Shown one piece after another: positions 37,767-47,657 of a stretch of DNA of 64,000 bases. The translations under genes were made by a program, and so were the position numbers. The notes under the pieces were generated by a model, which saw only the letters and a list, made by a program, of their open reading frames with translations, was not told the origin of the DNA and did no database searches. Each line of letters opens with the position of its first letter. Within the stretch, counting starts at the first letter, position 1. The stretch comes from a virus, in the IMG/VR virus record IMGVR_UViG_3300042905_004067; one strand, 5' to 3'.

Positions 37767-38866
37767 GACAAAATTAACTCATTGAAAGTATAAATTTTAA
37801 ATATACCTTTGTTTTTTAATTCTTGCTTTAATCGATCCGTTGCACTTTTTGTTAGCAACACAACAATATCAATTTCATGAAATGGTACATCTTCTTGTTT
37901 GTATAGTTTTTTACCATATACTTCATCAACATAACCACAGAGATAATCATCAATTAAATATTTGATATTATCTGGATTAAACTTTGCATGTTTTACTAAT
38001 GCATCATATATTTTAGATGCACCTATTATAGCCACTCTGTTCTTAGAAGATAGTTGCTCAATTTGCTTAGATACTGAATCTATTTTTTTATGGTTTTGTT
38101 TTAATATATTTGAGTATTTTTCAATTGTTTTTTTGTTTGTTATCGATCTATTTTTCTTTTGGCACAATATGACTATATTATGCATGTCGTCTTTGCAATC
38201 AATAACAATCAATCCAAGAGACAATATTTTTTTACACAAAACAGATATAGAAAAATGATAGGTGTGTTTATCTATAAAAAATTCTTGAACATTAGTTTCA
38301 TCATCCAGCACAGAAGCACTAGGAACATCAATGTATAGATATCCATCATCTTTTAATAAAGATGATGCTTGAATAAGCATTTCATTGGCGGAATTTGCAT
38401 GTTCTAGTGTATGACAACAGTAGATAAAATCAAATTTATCACTATTGTTATAATTTTCAAATCTCGTGTTATGTATTTTTACTTTGTCGCTTTGAATGTA
38501 TTCGTCTAATATTTTACCATCTGGTTCCACTGCAACAATACTACAAGTGGGATTAATCTTTGCCAAATAATTTACAAAATGACCACGATTTGATCCTATA
38601 TCAAGAACCGAATGTACTTCTGATAAATTAATAAAAGTTTGAATAAAATCTAACGATGATTGAAGTCGTATTTTTTTACCGTGTCTTATGTTTCCCCAAT
38701 CAGCATCAGAACTAATTGATTTATTTGTGTGTTTGTTTTCTTTATTAGAATATACAGTTTGTAGTAATCCGCAATCATTACACGAATAAACAACTGCTCC
38801 AATTCTAGAAGTTGGAACAACATAGACTTTACTGAGACACTTACATTTACAAAAATCACACTGCAT
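37763..38866 (-). CDS. SAM-dependent methyltransferase (NDP-sugar C-methyltransferase-like, with an N-terminal Zn-finger)
   Basis: CDFC...CNDCGLLQ, VLDIGSNRG, HTLEH, IDVP, C-terminal AIIGAS Rossmann-like domain. Confidence 0.75.
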   Translation of the reverse strand: MQCDFCKCKCLSKVYVVPTSRIGAVVYSCNDCGLLQTVYSNKENKHTNKSISSDADWGNIRHGKKIRLQSSLDFIQTFINLSEVHSVLDIGSNRGHFVNYLAKINPTCSIVAVEPDGKILDEYIQSDKVKIHNTRFENYNNSDKFDFIYCCHTLEHANSANEMLIQASSLLKDDGYLYIDVPSASVLDDETNVQEFFIDKHTYHFSISVLCKKILSLGLIVIDCKDDMHNIVILCQKKNRSITNKKTIEKYSNILKQNHKKIDSVSKQIEQLSSKNRVAIIGASKIYDALVKHAKFNPDNIKYLIDDYLCGYVDEVYGKKLYKQEDVPFHEIDIVVLLTKSATDRLKQELKNKGIFKIYTFNELILS

Positions 38867-39521
38867 AATTTTGATATTGTTTTTTGATTATAGTGTTGTC
38901 AACATTTGATTGCAAGAAATCGTTTAAAGAATGTACATCATTATTTATGATATCCTCGTAAGAAATAACAACATGTGGACATCGACGCATCTGCCAATCT
39001 ATGCAGTTATTAATGTGAGAATAATATTGATCAAATTCTATTCTTTTAACCATATGTGGTCCTTGCACAATATTATGTTCAAACAAATTACCATAATGAT
39101 TAATCATTGATAATTTTACTGAATTTTTATTCCGTATAACTTTTATAACATGCAAATTAGCAAAATTATACTGATTGAGTGTGAATGCCAATCTTGAGTC
39201 TTTAATAAACCAACCAGTATATGAATTCAATTCAGAATTAAGATTAATCATATCTAAATTGTTGCTATTGTGATTTTGTATCTCGTTTAATGTTGGTGGA
39301 TTTAAAAAACTATATTGATCATTTATTTCTTTTATTAGAGCATCATTAGTTTTAACTACATCAATTCTTTCAAAATAACCATCTGGATTAAACTTACTAT
39401 TTGGTTTCATCAGTTTTTTAGTACCATTCATGTCGGCGTCAAAGCCAGCACTCTTTACTAAATTGGCAACTAATGAAGTTCCACTTCGAGGGCAACCTAG
39501 AATTACTATATTTTTATTCAT
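38856..39521 (-). CDS. Sulfotransferase-family protein
   Basis: ILGCPRSGTSLV (5'-PSB loop), NPDGYFE, IKDSR, IR, SYEDI. Confidence 0.8.
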   Translation of the reverse strand: MNKNIVILGCPRSGTSLVANLVKSAGFDADMNGTKKLMKPNSKFNPDGYFERIDVVKTNDALIKEINDQYSFLNPPTLNEIQNHNSNNLDMINLNSELNSYTGWFIKDSRLAFTLNQYNFANLHVIKVIRNKNSVKLSMINHYGNLFEHNIVQGPHMVKRIEFDQYYSHINNCIDWQMRRCPHVVISYEDIINNDVHSLNDFLQSNVDNTIIKKQYQNYAV

Positions 39522-41286
39522 AAGATATTGGTTTTACTAAAAGATTACTATTAAATTCATCACGATCTAAAAACGGAAAAAGATCTTCCATTGGTCTTGT
39601 AGAAAAACTACCATCGGATTTTTTGTAAACTGAGGCCTTTGGTAAAGTCTTATGGTTTTGATCTACAATTAATTCACAGATGACAGGTCCAGAACGCAAA
39701 AGAACATCAGACAACTGGGTTTTCAAATTTACTTGATTTGTAATCTTTACATAGGGTATCTTGTATGCCAGTGCATTCAATTCAATTGAAGGCAGACTTA
39801 ATCCACTTGATGGATCACTTACAACCAAATTACCACCAAAATGAGTATTTTGAGTTGTTTTTATAGATCCATATCCATTATTGTTTAACACAAACAGTTT
39901 GATTGGTAACTGATAGCGATATATCAATTCTAATTCTTGTATATTCATAAACAATCCACCATCACCATCGATACAGATAGTTTCTTTATTGCTGGCCAAT
40001 GCAGCAGCAATTGCTGCTGGTATTCCAAATCCCATAGAACCCAATCCTTCACTATTATAAACTCTTGTGTTCTTTTTGATTTGAAACGCCTGCATTGTAA
40101 CTTCACTACACGCACCGGAACTGCCTGGAACTAATAAAGATCCTTCTGGTAATAAATCAGACAGATGTTTTATAAAAGCATAATTATTGATATTCGGTTT
40201 GTTTGGCTCTAAGTATTCTTCTAGAATTACCGGATATTTTTCATACATCATCTTACAGGTGTTCAACCAATCAGAAGGAATCGTATTAGAAATTTTGCTA
40301 TTTGTTTCTCGGAGAAATACTTTGGCGTCGGCAACAATTGGATAATGAACATGAATTCCTAATTTATTGATTTCGTTCTCATCTATGTCAACAATACAAC
40401 GAACGGCCTCTCTGGCAAAATATTGAGGTTGATATGCTAACTGCCCATGATCTAATCTAGCACCAATTACTAATATAAAATCCGAATTCTGTTGATTAAA
40501 ATTTGCACCTCGTTGACCAACACCACCAGGTCTTCCAACATACTGAGGATGAGTTTCTTCAAGAAAATCCATTGCTTTCCATGTAGTTAATACTGGTATC
40601 TTTGTCTTATCAATGAACTCATAGAATTCTTGCATGGCACCAGATAATCTAACACCATTTCCAACTAAAACAATTGGTCGTTTTGCTGAATGCAACTCAT
40701 CAATCAAACATTGAATATTTTGTAAATTGTATGTTACGTTTTCTGGTTGAAATCCAACAAGAGAATCTTCGTCAATATCCGCAGCCTGAATATCAAGAGG
40801 AATATCTAATAGAACAGGACCTGGTCTGCCATTTTTCGCTAACCAAATTGCCTTTTCAAAATGATAACGAACTGTTTTTGGATCTGTTATCGTGACTGCA
40901 TATTTAACAATAGGTTTATAAATGGATACAGTATCAATCTCTTGAAATCCACATTGTCGTACTCCAAGATTACCAACTCTGTCTTTGTTCTGGACTTGCC
41001 CGGTTATCAAAAGAACAGGAATAGAATCTAACCAAGCAGAAGCAATTCCCGTCAATGCATTTGTTGATCCAGGTCCAGTAGTAACTAAAGCAACTCCAAT
41101 ATTGTTTGTATATTGGGAATAAGATTCGGCACATATCGAAGATGCTTGTTCGTGTAGATTTGGTATTAATTTAATGTTACTCCTGCTCAATGAATCTACT
41201 AAATGAATACAACCTCCACCAGAAACAAGAAAAACATGTTTAGTATACTCTTCTAATTGCTTAATTATGTAATCTGATAATTTCAT
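39514..41286 (-). CDS. Thiamine-diphosphate-dependent enzyme (acetolactate-synthase-like; YerE-type sugar C-C ligase by context)
   Basis: HEQASS, TTGPGSTN, GRPGPVLLDIP, GSMGFGIPAA, GDGG...NN ThDP motif; lies within a sugar cluster. Confidence 0.85.
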   Translation of the reverse strand: MKLSDYIIKQLEEYTKHVFLVSGGGCIHLVDSLSRSNIKLIPNLHEQASSICAESYSQYTNNIGVALVTTGPGSTNALTGIASAWLDSIPVLLITGQVQNKDRVGNLGVRQCGFQEIDTVSIYKPIVKYAVTITDPKTVRYHFEKAIWLAKNGRPGPVLLDIPLDIQAADIDEDSLVGFQPENVTYNLQNIQCLIDELHSAKRPIVLVGNGVRLSGAMQEFYEFIDKTKIPVLTTWKAMDFLEETHPQYVGRPGGVGQRGANFNQQNSDFILVIGARLDHGQLAYQPQYFAREAVRCIVDIDENEINKLGIHVHYPIVADAKVFLRETNSKISNTIPSDWLNTCKMMYEKYPVILEEYLEPNKPNINNYAFIKHLSDLLPEGSLLVPGSSGACSEVTMQAFQIKKNTRVYNSEGLGSMGFGIPAAIAAALASNKETICIDGDGGLFMNIQELELIYRYQLPIKLFVLNNNGYGSIKTTQNTHFGGNLVVSDPSSGLSLPSIELNALAYKIPYVKITNQVNLKTQLSDVLLRSGPVICELIVDQNHKTLPKASVYKKSDGSFSTRPMEDLFPFLDRDEFNSNLLVKPISYE

Positions 41287-42779
41287 AGCCAGTATGTTAC
41301 AAAAGTCTTGCGGTCTTTATTTTTTGCTATTGATTCATCGGTATAATACGAATCATTTAAATAATGCGTTGAAGATACCTCTTCGATTATACATCCAGTT
41401 TTAGTTGTAAATTGATGTCTAACTTCTTTTTCAATTGTCACAACATCACCCTTCTTTAGAATTTGAGTTGTGCCATCAAGAGAAAGTTCAACTTCTCCAT
41501 GCAATACAACAAAAGTTTCTTCCTTTTGTTTATGATATTGTTCTGGGTGTGTTTGATTTGGCAACACAATAATAAGTTTTTTGCAATACTCACGATTTAC
41601 TACTGTGATCATGGTAATTCCAGTTCTATGGAACTGATCAATACCATAATGATGTGATATTTCTAAATCTGCTTTGCCTGGATAAACTACTCCAGAATTG
41701 TTTAAAAATGTTTTAACTTCTTGAACAATTTTCCATATTTGTTCTCTTGTATTTTTCACTTGAACATTTTGTTTCAACATTGGTTTGTTTGCGGAAATTG
41801 ATTCGATAGCAATGTATTGATTATATTTGGATATATCATTTGCCAATACTTGATTTTCAATATTAGGCCAAGCATAATAAATGTCATTTTTTGTAATCAA
41901 AGTACCGGGTTCAACATCAATCTTTAAATAAACGCCACGCTTAAATTGAAGAAGGTCTTTTTGTTCTTTATCTGAAATTGGAGAACGCTGATTATGAACT
42001 CCGCACATATCAACGGCAGAAGAAGCAGCAAATAACCAACTGTCGAATTGTTCTGGTGTGACAGAATATGCGTTTGGAATGTATTTGTCTGTGCATACTG
42101 CTACATGTTTTTCTGCTAATTTTATTCCTTTACCTATGGCAATTTTAATAGCATCACACTGACTTGGTTCTTCGTGCGTAGAATAACCAATAGGAATGTT
42201 TGGGTATCTCTGTTGCAATACATCTATTTGGTTTAATTGAAGGTGATTAGACTCTGTTGGATATTCTCCAACACAATGCATCAATGAAATGTCTTTGTTT
42301 CTGTGTTCCATGAAACTAACAACACTGTCTAATTGTTCCAAAGAAGCCCCAGCTGTAGATATAATAATAGGTTTATTTACTGTTTGTAATTTATTAAGAA
42401 GAGGCCAATCATTAAAAGAACAACTAGCGACTTTAACAATGTCAAAGTTCATATTTAGTATCAAATCAACAGAATTTTCATCAAATGCCGTACACATAGA
42501 AATAAATCCATGTTCTTTGGCGCACTTTTGTAATTCAGTAAAATCTTCAATTCCCAACATGGTTTCTGTAAATCTCTTTACATATTTGTGTTCCATATTA
42601 CTTTTATACTCTTGATGAATATAAGTAGAGAAATCTCGGAACTGAAACTTCCATGCAAATCTAAACTTGTCGGAATATTTTTTACATACAGATCCAAACG
42701 ATTGAATCATCAATTTACCGTGATTCACATCACCCATATGGTTATTTGCCATTTCACATATTATTAATGGTTTGTTCAT
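41283..42779 (-). CDS. N-acetylneuraminate synthase (NeuB) family protein with a SAF domain and C-terminal cupin
   Basis: EMANNHMGD, KFQ, KVAS, ISTAG, MHCVGEYPT, GYSTHE, EKH; C-terminal HPEQYHKQKEETF...RHQF cupin. Confidence 0.85.
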   Translation of the reverse strand: MNKPLIICEMANNHMGDVNHGKLMIQSFGSVCKKYSDKFRFAWKFQFRDFSTYIHQEYKSNMEHKYVKRFTETMLGIEDFTELQKCAKEHGFISMCTAFDENSVDLILNMNFDIVKVASCSFNDWPLLNKLQTVNKPIIISTAGASLEQLDSVVSFMEHRNKDISLMHCVGEYPTESNHLQLNQIDVLQQRYPNIPIGYSTHEEPSQCDAIKIAIGKGIKLAEKHVAVCTDKYIPNAYSVTPEQFDSWLFAASSAVDMCGVHNQRSPISDKEQKDLLQFKRGVYLKIDVEPGTLITKNDIYYAWPNIENQVLANDISKYNQYIAIESISANKPMLKQNVQVKNTREQIWKIVQEVKTFLNNSGVVYPGKADLEISHHYGIDQFHRTGITMITVVNREYCKKLIIVLPNQTHPEQYHKQKEETFVVLHGEVELSLDGTTQILKKGDVVTIEKEVRHQFTTKTGCIIEEVSSTHYLNDSYYTDESIAKNKDRKTFVTYWL

Positions 42780-43075
42780 ATTATGTTCCAATCCTTTGTG
42801 TTCATATTTTTATCATCGATGAAGAGATCATAATTTGGTTTTCCAAATTTTAAATCATGATATTTAACTCCCCATTCTTTTAATTGTAGTTTAGTTACTT
42901 GGCTCCAGTCAATTCCAGTTGCAGTTCCTCTTGCAGTCCAATATACAATTAAATGTCCATCATCATATAGTTTATTTGCTTTGTTAATATTTTCAACAAT
43001 AGGATAGCAAACTGTATAGTCCGGTTTGTTTGGACTGTCACATATTGTATCATCTATATCAATATAAATCACCAT
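42776..43075 (-). CDS. Minimal HAD phosphatase (capsule-biosynthesis type)
   Basis: DIDDT, WTARG, GKP, IDDK. Confidence 0.8.
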   Translation of the reverse strand: MVIYIDIDDTICDSPNKPDYTVCYPIVENINKANKLYDDGHLIVYWTARGTATGIDWSQVTKLQLKEWGVKYHDLKFGKPNYDLFIDDKNMNTKDWNII

Positions 43076-44016
43076 ATAAATTTATTTTTGTAATATTCTA
43101 CAATTGAACTAAGTTCTTCATCAAATACTTTTTGTGGTTCCCATCCCAGTGCCCGCAACTTAGAATCATCTAATGCATATCTTACATCTTGTCCGGGTCT
43201 GTTGCAAGAAAAATCAATGTAATCTTCGTGTGGTTTATTTAAACCATAAACAGTGAGTAACTTCGTAACAGTTTCAAGATTGCTTTGTTCGTAACCACCG
43301 CATATATTGTAAATTTGATTTGTAACACCAGTTTCTATTAGTTTAATTGTAGCACTAGCAGTATCTTCTGCATGTAGCCAATTTCTAATAGGTGTCCCAT
43401 TATTGTGAAGAGGAATTTTTCTTCCTAATTTTAAATACTTACAAGCCTTTGGTATGAGTTTTTCAATATACTGACCAACTCCATAATTATTAGTCGGACG
43501 AACAATCACATATGGAATTTTATATGTTCTAGCCCAAGCAAGAATTAACATGTCAGCAGCAGCCTTTGTTGCTGAATATGGATTTGACGGTTTTAACACA
43601 TCTGTTTCTGTGTGCGAACCAGTTTCAATATCACCGTACACTTCATCAGTACTAAAATGTAGTAAGATTGGCATCGAACCACCTTCCTGTCTGTAGTTCT
43701 TCATTAATTCTAAAATATGGTGAACACCATTGATGTTAGAATGAACAAAATCGTCACTATTGGCAATCGAATTACCAACATGAGTTTCGGCTGCCGTATT
43801 GATTATATAATCACAATCATATAGAAATTTTAAATCATTTATGTCACAATGAACAAAGGAAAAATTGCTGTACTGTTTAAATTCCTCTAGTAATTGTTTA
43901 TTGGCAGCATATGTCATCTTGTCAACACCCTTAACATGCCATCCGCGTTTTAAGCAGTGACGAGTAACATAAGAACCAATGAAACCCAAACAACCAGTGA
44001 TGTATACGACTTTCAT
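43069..44016 (-). CDS. rmlB: dTDP-glucose 4,6-dehydratase
   Basis: ITGCLGFIGS, DKMTYA, AAETHV, STDEVYG, PSNPYSATK, NNYG, EKLIP, RPGQDVRYA. Confidence 0.88.
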   Translation of the reverse strand: MKVVYITGCLGFIGSYVTRHCLKRGWHVKGVDKMTYAANKQLLEEFKQYSNFSFVHCDINDLKFLYDCDYIINTAAETHVGNSIANSDDFVHSNINGVHHILELMKNYRQEGGSMPILLHFSTDEVYGDIETGSHTETDVLKPSNPYSATKAAADMLILAWARTYKIPYVIVRPTNNYGVGQYIEKLIPKACKYLKLGRKIPLHNNGTPIRNWLHAEDTASATIKLIETGVTNQIYNICGGYEQSNLETVTKLLTVYGLNKPHEDYIDFSCNRPGQDVRYALDDSKLRALGWEPQKVFDEELSSIVEYYKNKFIW

Positions 44017-44019
44017 TAT

Positions 44020-44868
44020 TTACTTTCCTTTTTTATAGAAGTTCACTAGCATTTCGATTGTGGTATCAATGCTGTATTTTTGTTTAAACCCATACGACAC
44101 TAGTTTTGCAGTGTCAAGATAGGAATGCCGTACTTGAACAATATCATGAAAAGTAGTCGGTTGTATGTGTATTATTTTTGATGTTGAGCCAGAGTACTCA
44201 ATGGCTTTGTTTATCATATCCAAAAACTTATAAGGTTTACCACTACCAATATTTATTATCTGATTTGGTGGTGATTTATCCATGCATAGTTTAAGAGCAG
44301 CACAAACATCTTCTACATGAATATAATCTCGTAGAACCTCGCCGCCATAATAAAGGGGAACATCTCTGTTATTAACGATTTCCCTAATCAAAAATTGTAA
44401 AGCATTTTTCTTCTTGGAGATCTTCTTATCTCCTTCACCGATTACATTGGCTAATCTGAATATTCTATATTTAATATTATAAGTTTGACAAAAAGAAATT
44501 AGTAGTTGTTCCGCACAATGTTTTGTAATTGAGTAGAATCCAGATGGATTACATCTAGAATGATCTTCTCTAAAAGGCATCTCATAATTTTTTCCATAGA
44601 CAAACCAAGAACTTATAAAATTAAAAGTAGTATCACTATTTTTTGAAACATTCTCTAAAACTTTCATAAGAACATTTAAATTAGTATCAATATCTATACG
44701 AAGATCAGTATGAACATTATAGTTATCAACTGTACTAATAAAATACAAAATATTATTTGTTTTTGGTTTATAATCATTTCTGTCTATCCGTATAACAGAA
44801 TCTGAATATAGTTCACAAAATTTAGATCCTATGAACCCCGTAGAACCAAAAACAGATATATCATTCAT
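44020..44868 (-). CDS. NAD-dependent epimerase/reductase (extended SDR)
   Basis: GSTGFIGS, SSWFVYG, YSITK, RDYIHVEDV. Confidence 0.85.
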   Translation of the reverse strand: MNDISVFGSTGFIGSKFCELYSDSVIRIDRNDYKPKTNNILYFISTVDNYNVHTDLRIDIDTNLNVLMKVLENVSKNSDTTFNFISSWFVYGKNYEMPFREDHSRCNPSGFYSITKHCAEQLLISFCQTYNIKYRIFRLANVIGEGDKKISKKKNALQFLIREIVNNRDVPLYYGGEVLRDYIHVEDVCAALKLCMDKSPPNQIINIGSGKPYKFLDMINKAIEYSGSTSKIIHIQPTTFHDIVQVRHSYLDTAKLVSYGFKQKYSIDTTIEMLVNFYKKGK

Positions 44869-45637
44869 CGAATATAACCTTTTCGAATTTTGCTATATTG
44901 TGTTTATTGTTTTTAATAAACATTTCATATGGATACTGCTGAATATCTGAAACTATTTTCTTAATTGGAAATGGACACATAAGAGTAGGATATCCATCGA
45001 TCTCATTTTTTTCATACAATAGTTCTATTAATTTTCTATTAAAAAGAGGCTTATTATCTTCGTGTGTTTCTATTTTTTCGTTTTTTAAAGTATATGCACC
45101 AATGTTATAGATTCCACCAACCATTAATTTTGGTATAGAATAGCCAACCTTAGTCATATGTCTCCAGTGCATATCTGCATCTTCTTCACCAAATCCACAA
45201 AGTCTTTCATCAAAATAACCAATTTTATGTAAAATGGATTTAGTACACACAAAATGAGAGAATCCGTGATTGATTGTAAAAAATTCTTGCCTAGTTGTGT
45301 TAATATGATTTACAATTTCATTGTATATGTTGGGATTTGCCCATGCAACATCATCACATACTATAAAGTTATATTCTGTCTTGCTAAAAATGACCAAATT
45401 ATTCCAAAGTTTACTTAGTCCCTTAAACTCTGGACAAAATATAGGATAAATGTTTTTATACTGCTTTGCCAAATCTAACATTTCAATTCTATAACTATCT
45501 GGCATTTCTTCTTCATTATTGCCATTTATGGCTAATAAAATGTCAACAGTTTCTGGAACTGTTAAACGGATTCTTCGAATTAGTTCTGCTACTAATTCTT
45601 TTCTTTGTCTAAATGTAACTATTCCTATACTTAACAT
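44861..45637 (-). CDS. GT2-like glycosyltransferase
   Basis: SIGIVTF, LSKLWN, CDD, GYFDERLCGFGEEDAD. Confidence 0.8.
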   Translation of the reverse strand: MLSIGIVTFRQRKELVAELIRRIRLTVPETVDILLAINGNNEEEMPDSYRIEMLDLAKQYKNIYPIFCPEFKGLSKLWNNLVIFSKTEYNFIVCDDVAWANPNIYNEIVNHINTTRQEFFTINHGFSHFVCTKSILHKIGYFDERLCGFGEEDADMHWRHMTKVGYSIPKLMVGGIYNIGAYTLKNEKIETHEDNKPLFNRKLIELLYEKNEIDGYPTLMCPFPIKKIVSDIQQYPYEMFIKNNKHNIAKFEKVIFDE

Positions 45638-45650
45638 TTCATATCACTCC

Positions 45651-46343
45651 TCAAAGATATTCACTAAAATAATCATTTAAAATTTTAACTCTATTGTTAT
45701 TAGACACACCAGTAAGATGTGCTAGAAAACATTTTTTATCCCAAGGAGCATAAATTGGTCTGCGACCAGTCCAACAGGTTGTATCCATGATTGGTGCAGG
45801 AACAGCATTTAAAAAATTATGTTCTAGTACTTTTATTACACTATTTGGTAAAGATCCACGATGAATGGCATTTAATGCATCTTGTTCTGTTGGAAATTGT
45901 TTTGCACAATTGTAAAACACATTTAAAAATGTATCTGTGTGTTGGGTGCGTTGTATAATAAAATTTCCAGTACTAAATGACCATTTACCAATCCAATCAT
46001 AAGATGCATAAAATGTATTATGTTCATCTAATTCAAATTTTTCTATAGAATAATTATCATCAGTTATGATGGAATCTGCATCTACCCACATAACAATATC
46101 ATAATATTCTAGCATTTCAAATGTACGAACTGCACGCAAAAAACCAATATCAGTATCTTTAAATCCGTACTTTTTATCAGTTCCAAAAGTTCGTAAAGTC
46201 ATCAAATCATAACCATGTTTTTTTGCGTACCTCTGTTTAGATGGCAGAGTTAATTCAAAAACTTCATTCATTGTCTTGTCAGTTTCTAATGGATTACGAA
46301 TAATTTCCGATGATCCTGTTAATATTAGAACTCTTTTATTCAT
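45651..46343 (-). CDS. GT34 (GMA12/MNN10-like) glycosyltransferase
   Basis: KQRYAKKHGYD, MWVDADS, STGNFII, EQDAL, FLAHLTG. Confidence 0.75.
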   Translation of the reverse strand: MNKRVLILTGSSEIIRNPLETDKTMNEVFELTLPSKQRYAKKHGYDLMTLRTFGTDKKYGFKDTDIGFLRAVRTFEMLEYYDIVMWVDADSIITDDNYSIEKFELDEHNTFYASYDWIGKWSFSTGNFIIQRTQHTDTFLNVFYNCAKQFPTEQDALNAIHRGSLPNSVIKVLEHNFLNAVPAPIMDTTCWTGRRPIYAPWDKKCFLAHLTGVSNNNRVKILNDYFSEYL

Positions 46344-46344
46344 A

Positions 46345-47655
46345 TTATATTCCTGCAAAAAAATTTGTAGTGATTTGTTCGATATAGTCCAGTTGCTCAT
46401 TAGTAATTACTGGACTAGTTCCCAAAAAGAAAGTATCAGTAGTAACCTTTCTAGCATTTGGAAAATTGTTTATTACATCATCTTGATTCATTATACCAGT
46501 ATAAGCGGGCTGTAGCATCACATTTCCAGCAAAGTACGGTCTAGTTTGAATCTTATTATCTTCAAAATAGTTTACAATGTCCTTACGCTTGAATGGCGCA
46601 CCATCTTTGATTGTCAAGGCAAAAGCAAACCAACTTGGATTTGCATGTTCTGTTGCTTTTGGAAGAATAAAGAATTCTTCATACTTAGCAAAGATATCAC
46701 TTAGTCTTTTGTGATTATGATTTCTCTTTTGAGTGATTGTTGGTAATTTCTTTAGTTGAGCAAGTCCGATAGCAGCCTGTAATTCAATTGGCTTTAGATT
46801 GAAACCAATCTCATCATAAACATACTTGTGATCAAATACCTCATCAGGCAAAGAAGGAAGCCAATTAGAGAATCTTGTCTTACACATACCATTCTTTAAC
46901 ATATTGGCTTTCTTGCCAACACAATAGCAACCTCTTCCCCACTCTCGGAAACTTCGAACTACGATCTCTTGCTGTTGTGTATTACAAGCAACGAATCCAC
47001 CCTCACCCATAGTAATATGATGGGCTGGATAGAAAGAACAACTAGCGAAGTCACCGAAAGATCCTAGTGGTTTACCATTGTAAGTAGAATCTAATGCATC
47101 ACAGCAATCCTCAAGAAATATTAAACCATACTGATTGACAATATCCATGAGTCTGTTCATGTTTGGTGGATTACCCAACACATGTGCAAAAGTAATTACC
47201 TTGCAGCCTTCTTTTGCTTTTTGTTCTACTTGATCTAGGTTGAGATTGAGAGTGTCGATATCAATATCAACAAACTCAGGAACAAATCCAACTTGGAAAA
47301 TAGGATTGATTGTGGTGGGGAATCCAGCGATAGGAGTGATTACCTTTGTTCCCTTTTGAAAGTTTGTCAGTCTTTTGGATGTAAGAGCAGACATCATAAG
47401 CAGATTAGAACTGCTGCCACTATTAGTCAGGATACCAAAATCCTTCCCAACATACTTTGGAAACTGATGTTCAAAACGAATACCGTTCTCACCCAATACA
47501 AGCCATCCATTTAGTAAGGCTCGTATTGCTTCAACATATTCTTCTGTTCCAAAGTATGGACCTGCATATTGAACAACATCTTGTCCTGCAATCCACTTCT
47601 TTGATTCGTTCTTTTTGGTTATGAACTCTTCTACTGCTTTTAAAATTTCTTCCAT
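46345..47655 (-). CDS. rfbH: NDP-4-keto-6-deoxyglucose 3-dehydrase (RfbH/DdhC, E1)
   Basis: NSGSSSNLL, HVLGNP, EDCCDA, SFYPAHHITMGEGG (His in place of the PLP Lys), WGRGCYC Fe-S motif, DHKYVY. Confidence 0.88.
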   Translation of the reverse strand: MEEILKAVEEFITKKNESKKWIAGQDVVQYAGPYFGTEEYVEAIRALLNGWLVLGENGIRFEHQFPKYVGKDFGILTNSGSSSNLLMMSALTSKRLTNFQKGTKVITPIAGFPTTINPIFQVGFVPEFVDIDIDTLNLNLDQVEQKAKEGCKVITFAHVLGNPPNMNRLMDIVNQYGLIFLEDCCDALDSTYNGKPLGSFGDFASCSFYPAHHITMGEGGFVACNTQQQEIVVRSFREWGRGCYCVGKKANMLKNGMCKTRFSNWLPSLPDEVFDHKYVYDEIGFNLKPIELQAAIGLAQLKKLPTITQKRNHNHKRLSDIFAKYEEFFILPKATEHANPSWFAFALTIKDGAPFKRKDIVNYFEDNKIQTRPYFAGNVMLQPAYTGIMNQDDVINNFPNARKVTTDTFFLGTSPVITNEQLDYIEQITTNFFAGI

Positions 47656-47657
47656 AA

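Noticed and set aside
39514-41286. Branched-chain amino-acid auxiliary gene ilvB
   Set aside because: No regulatory subunit or other ilv genes; the context is entirely sugar-nucleotide biosynthesis.
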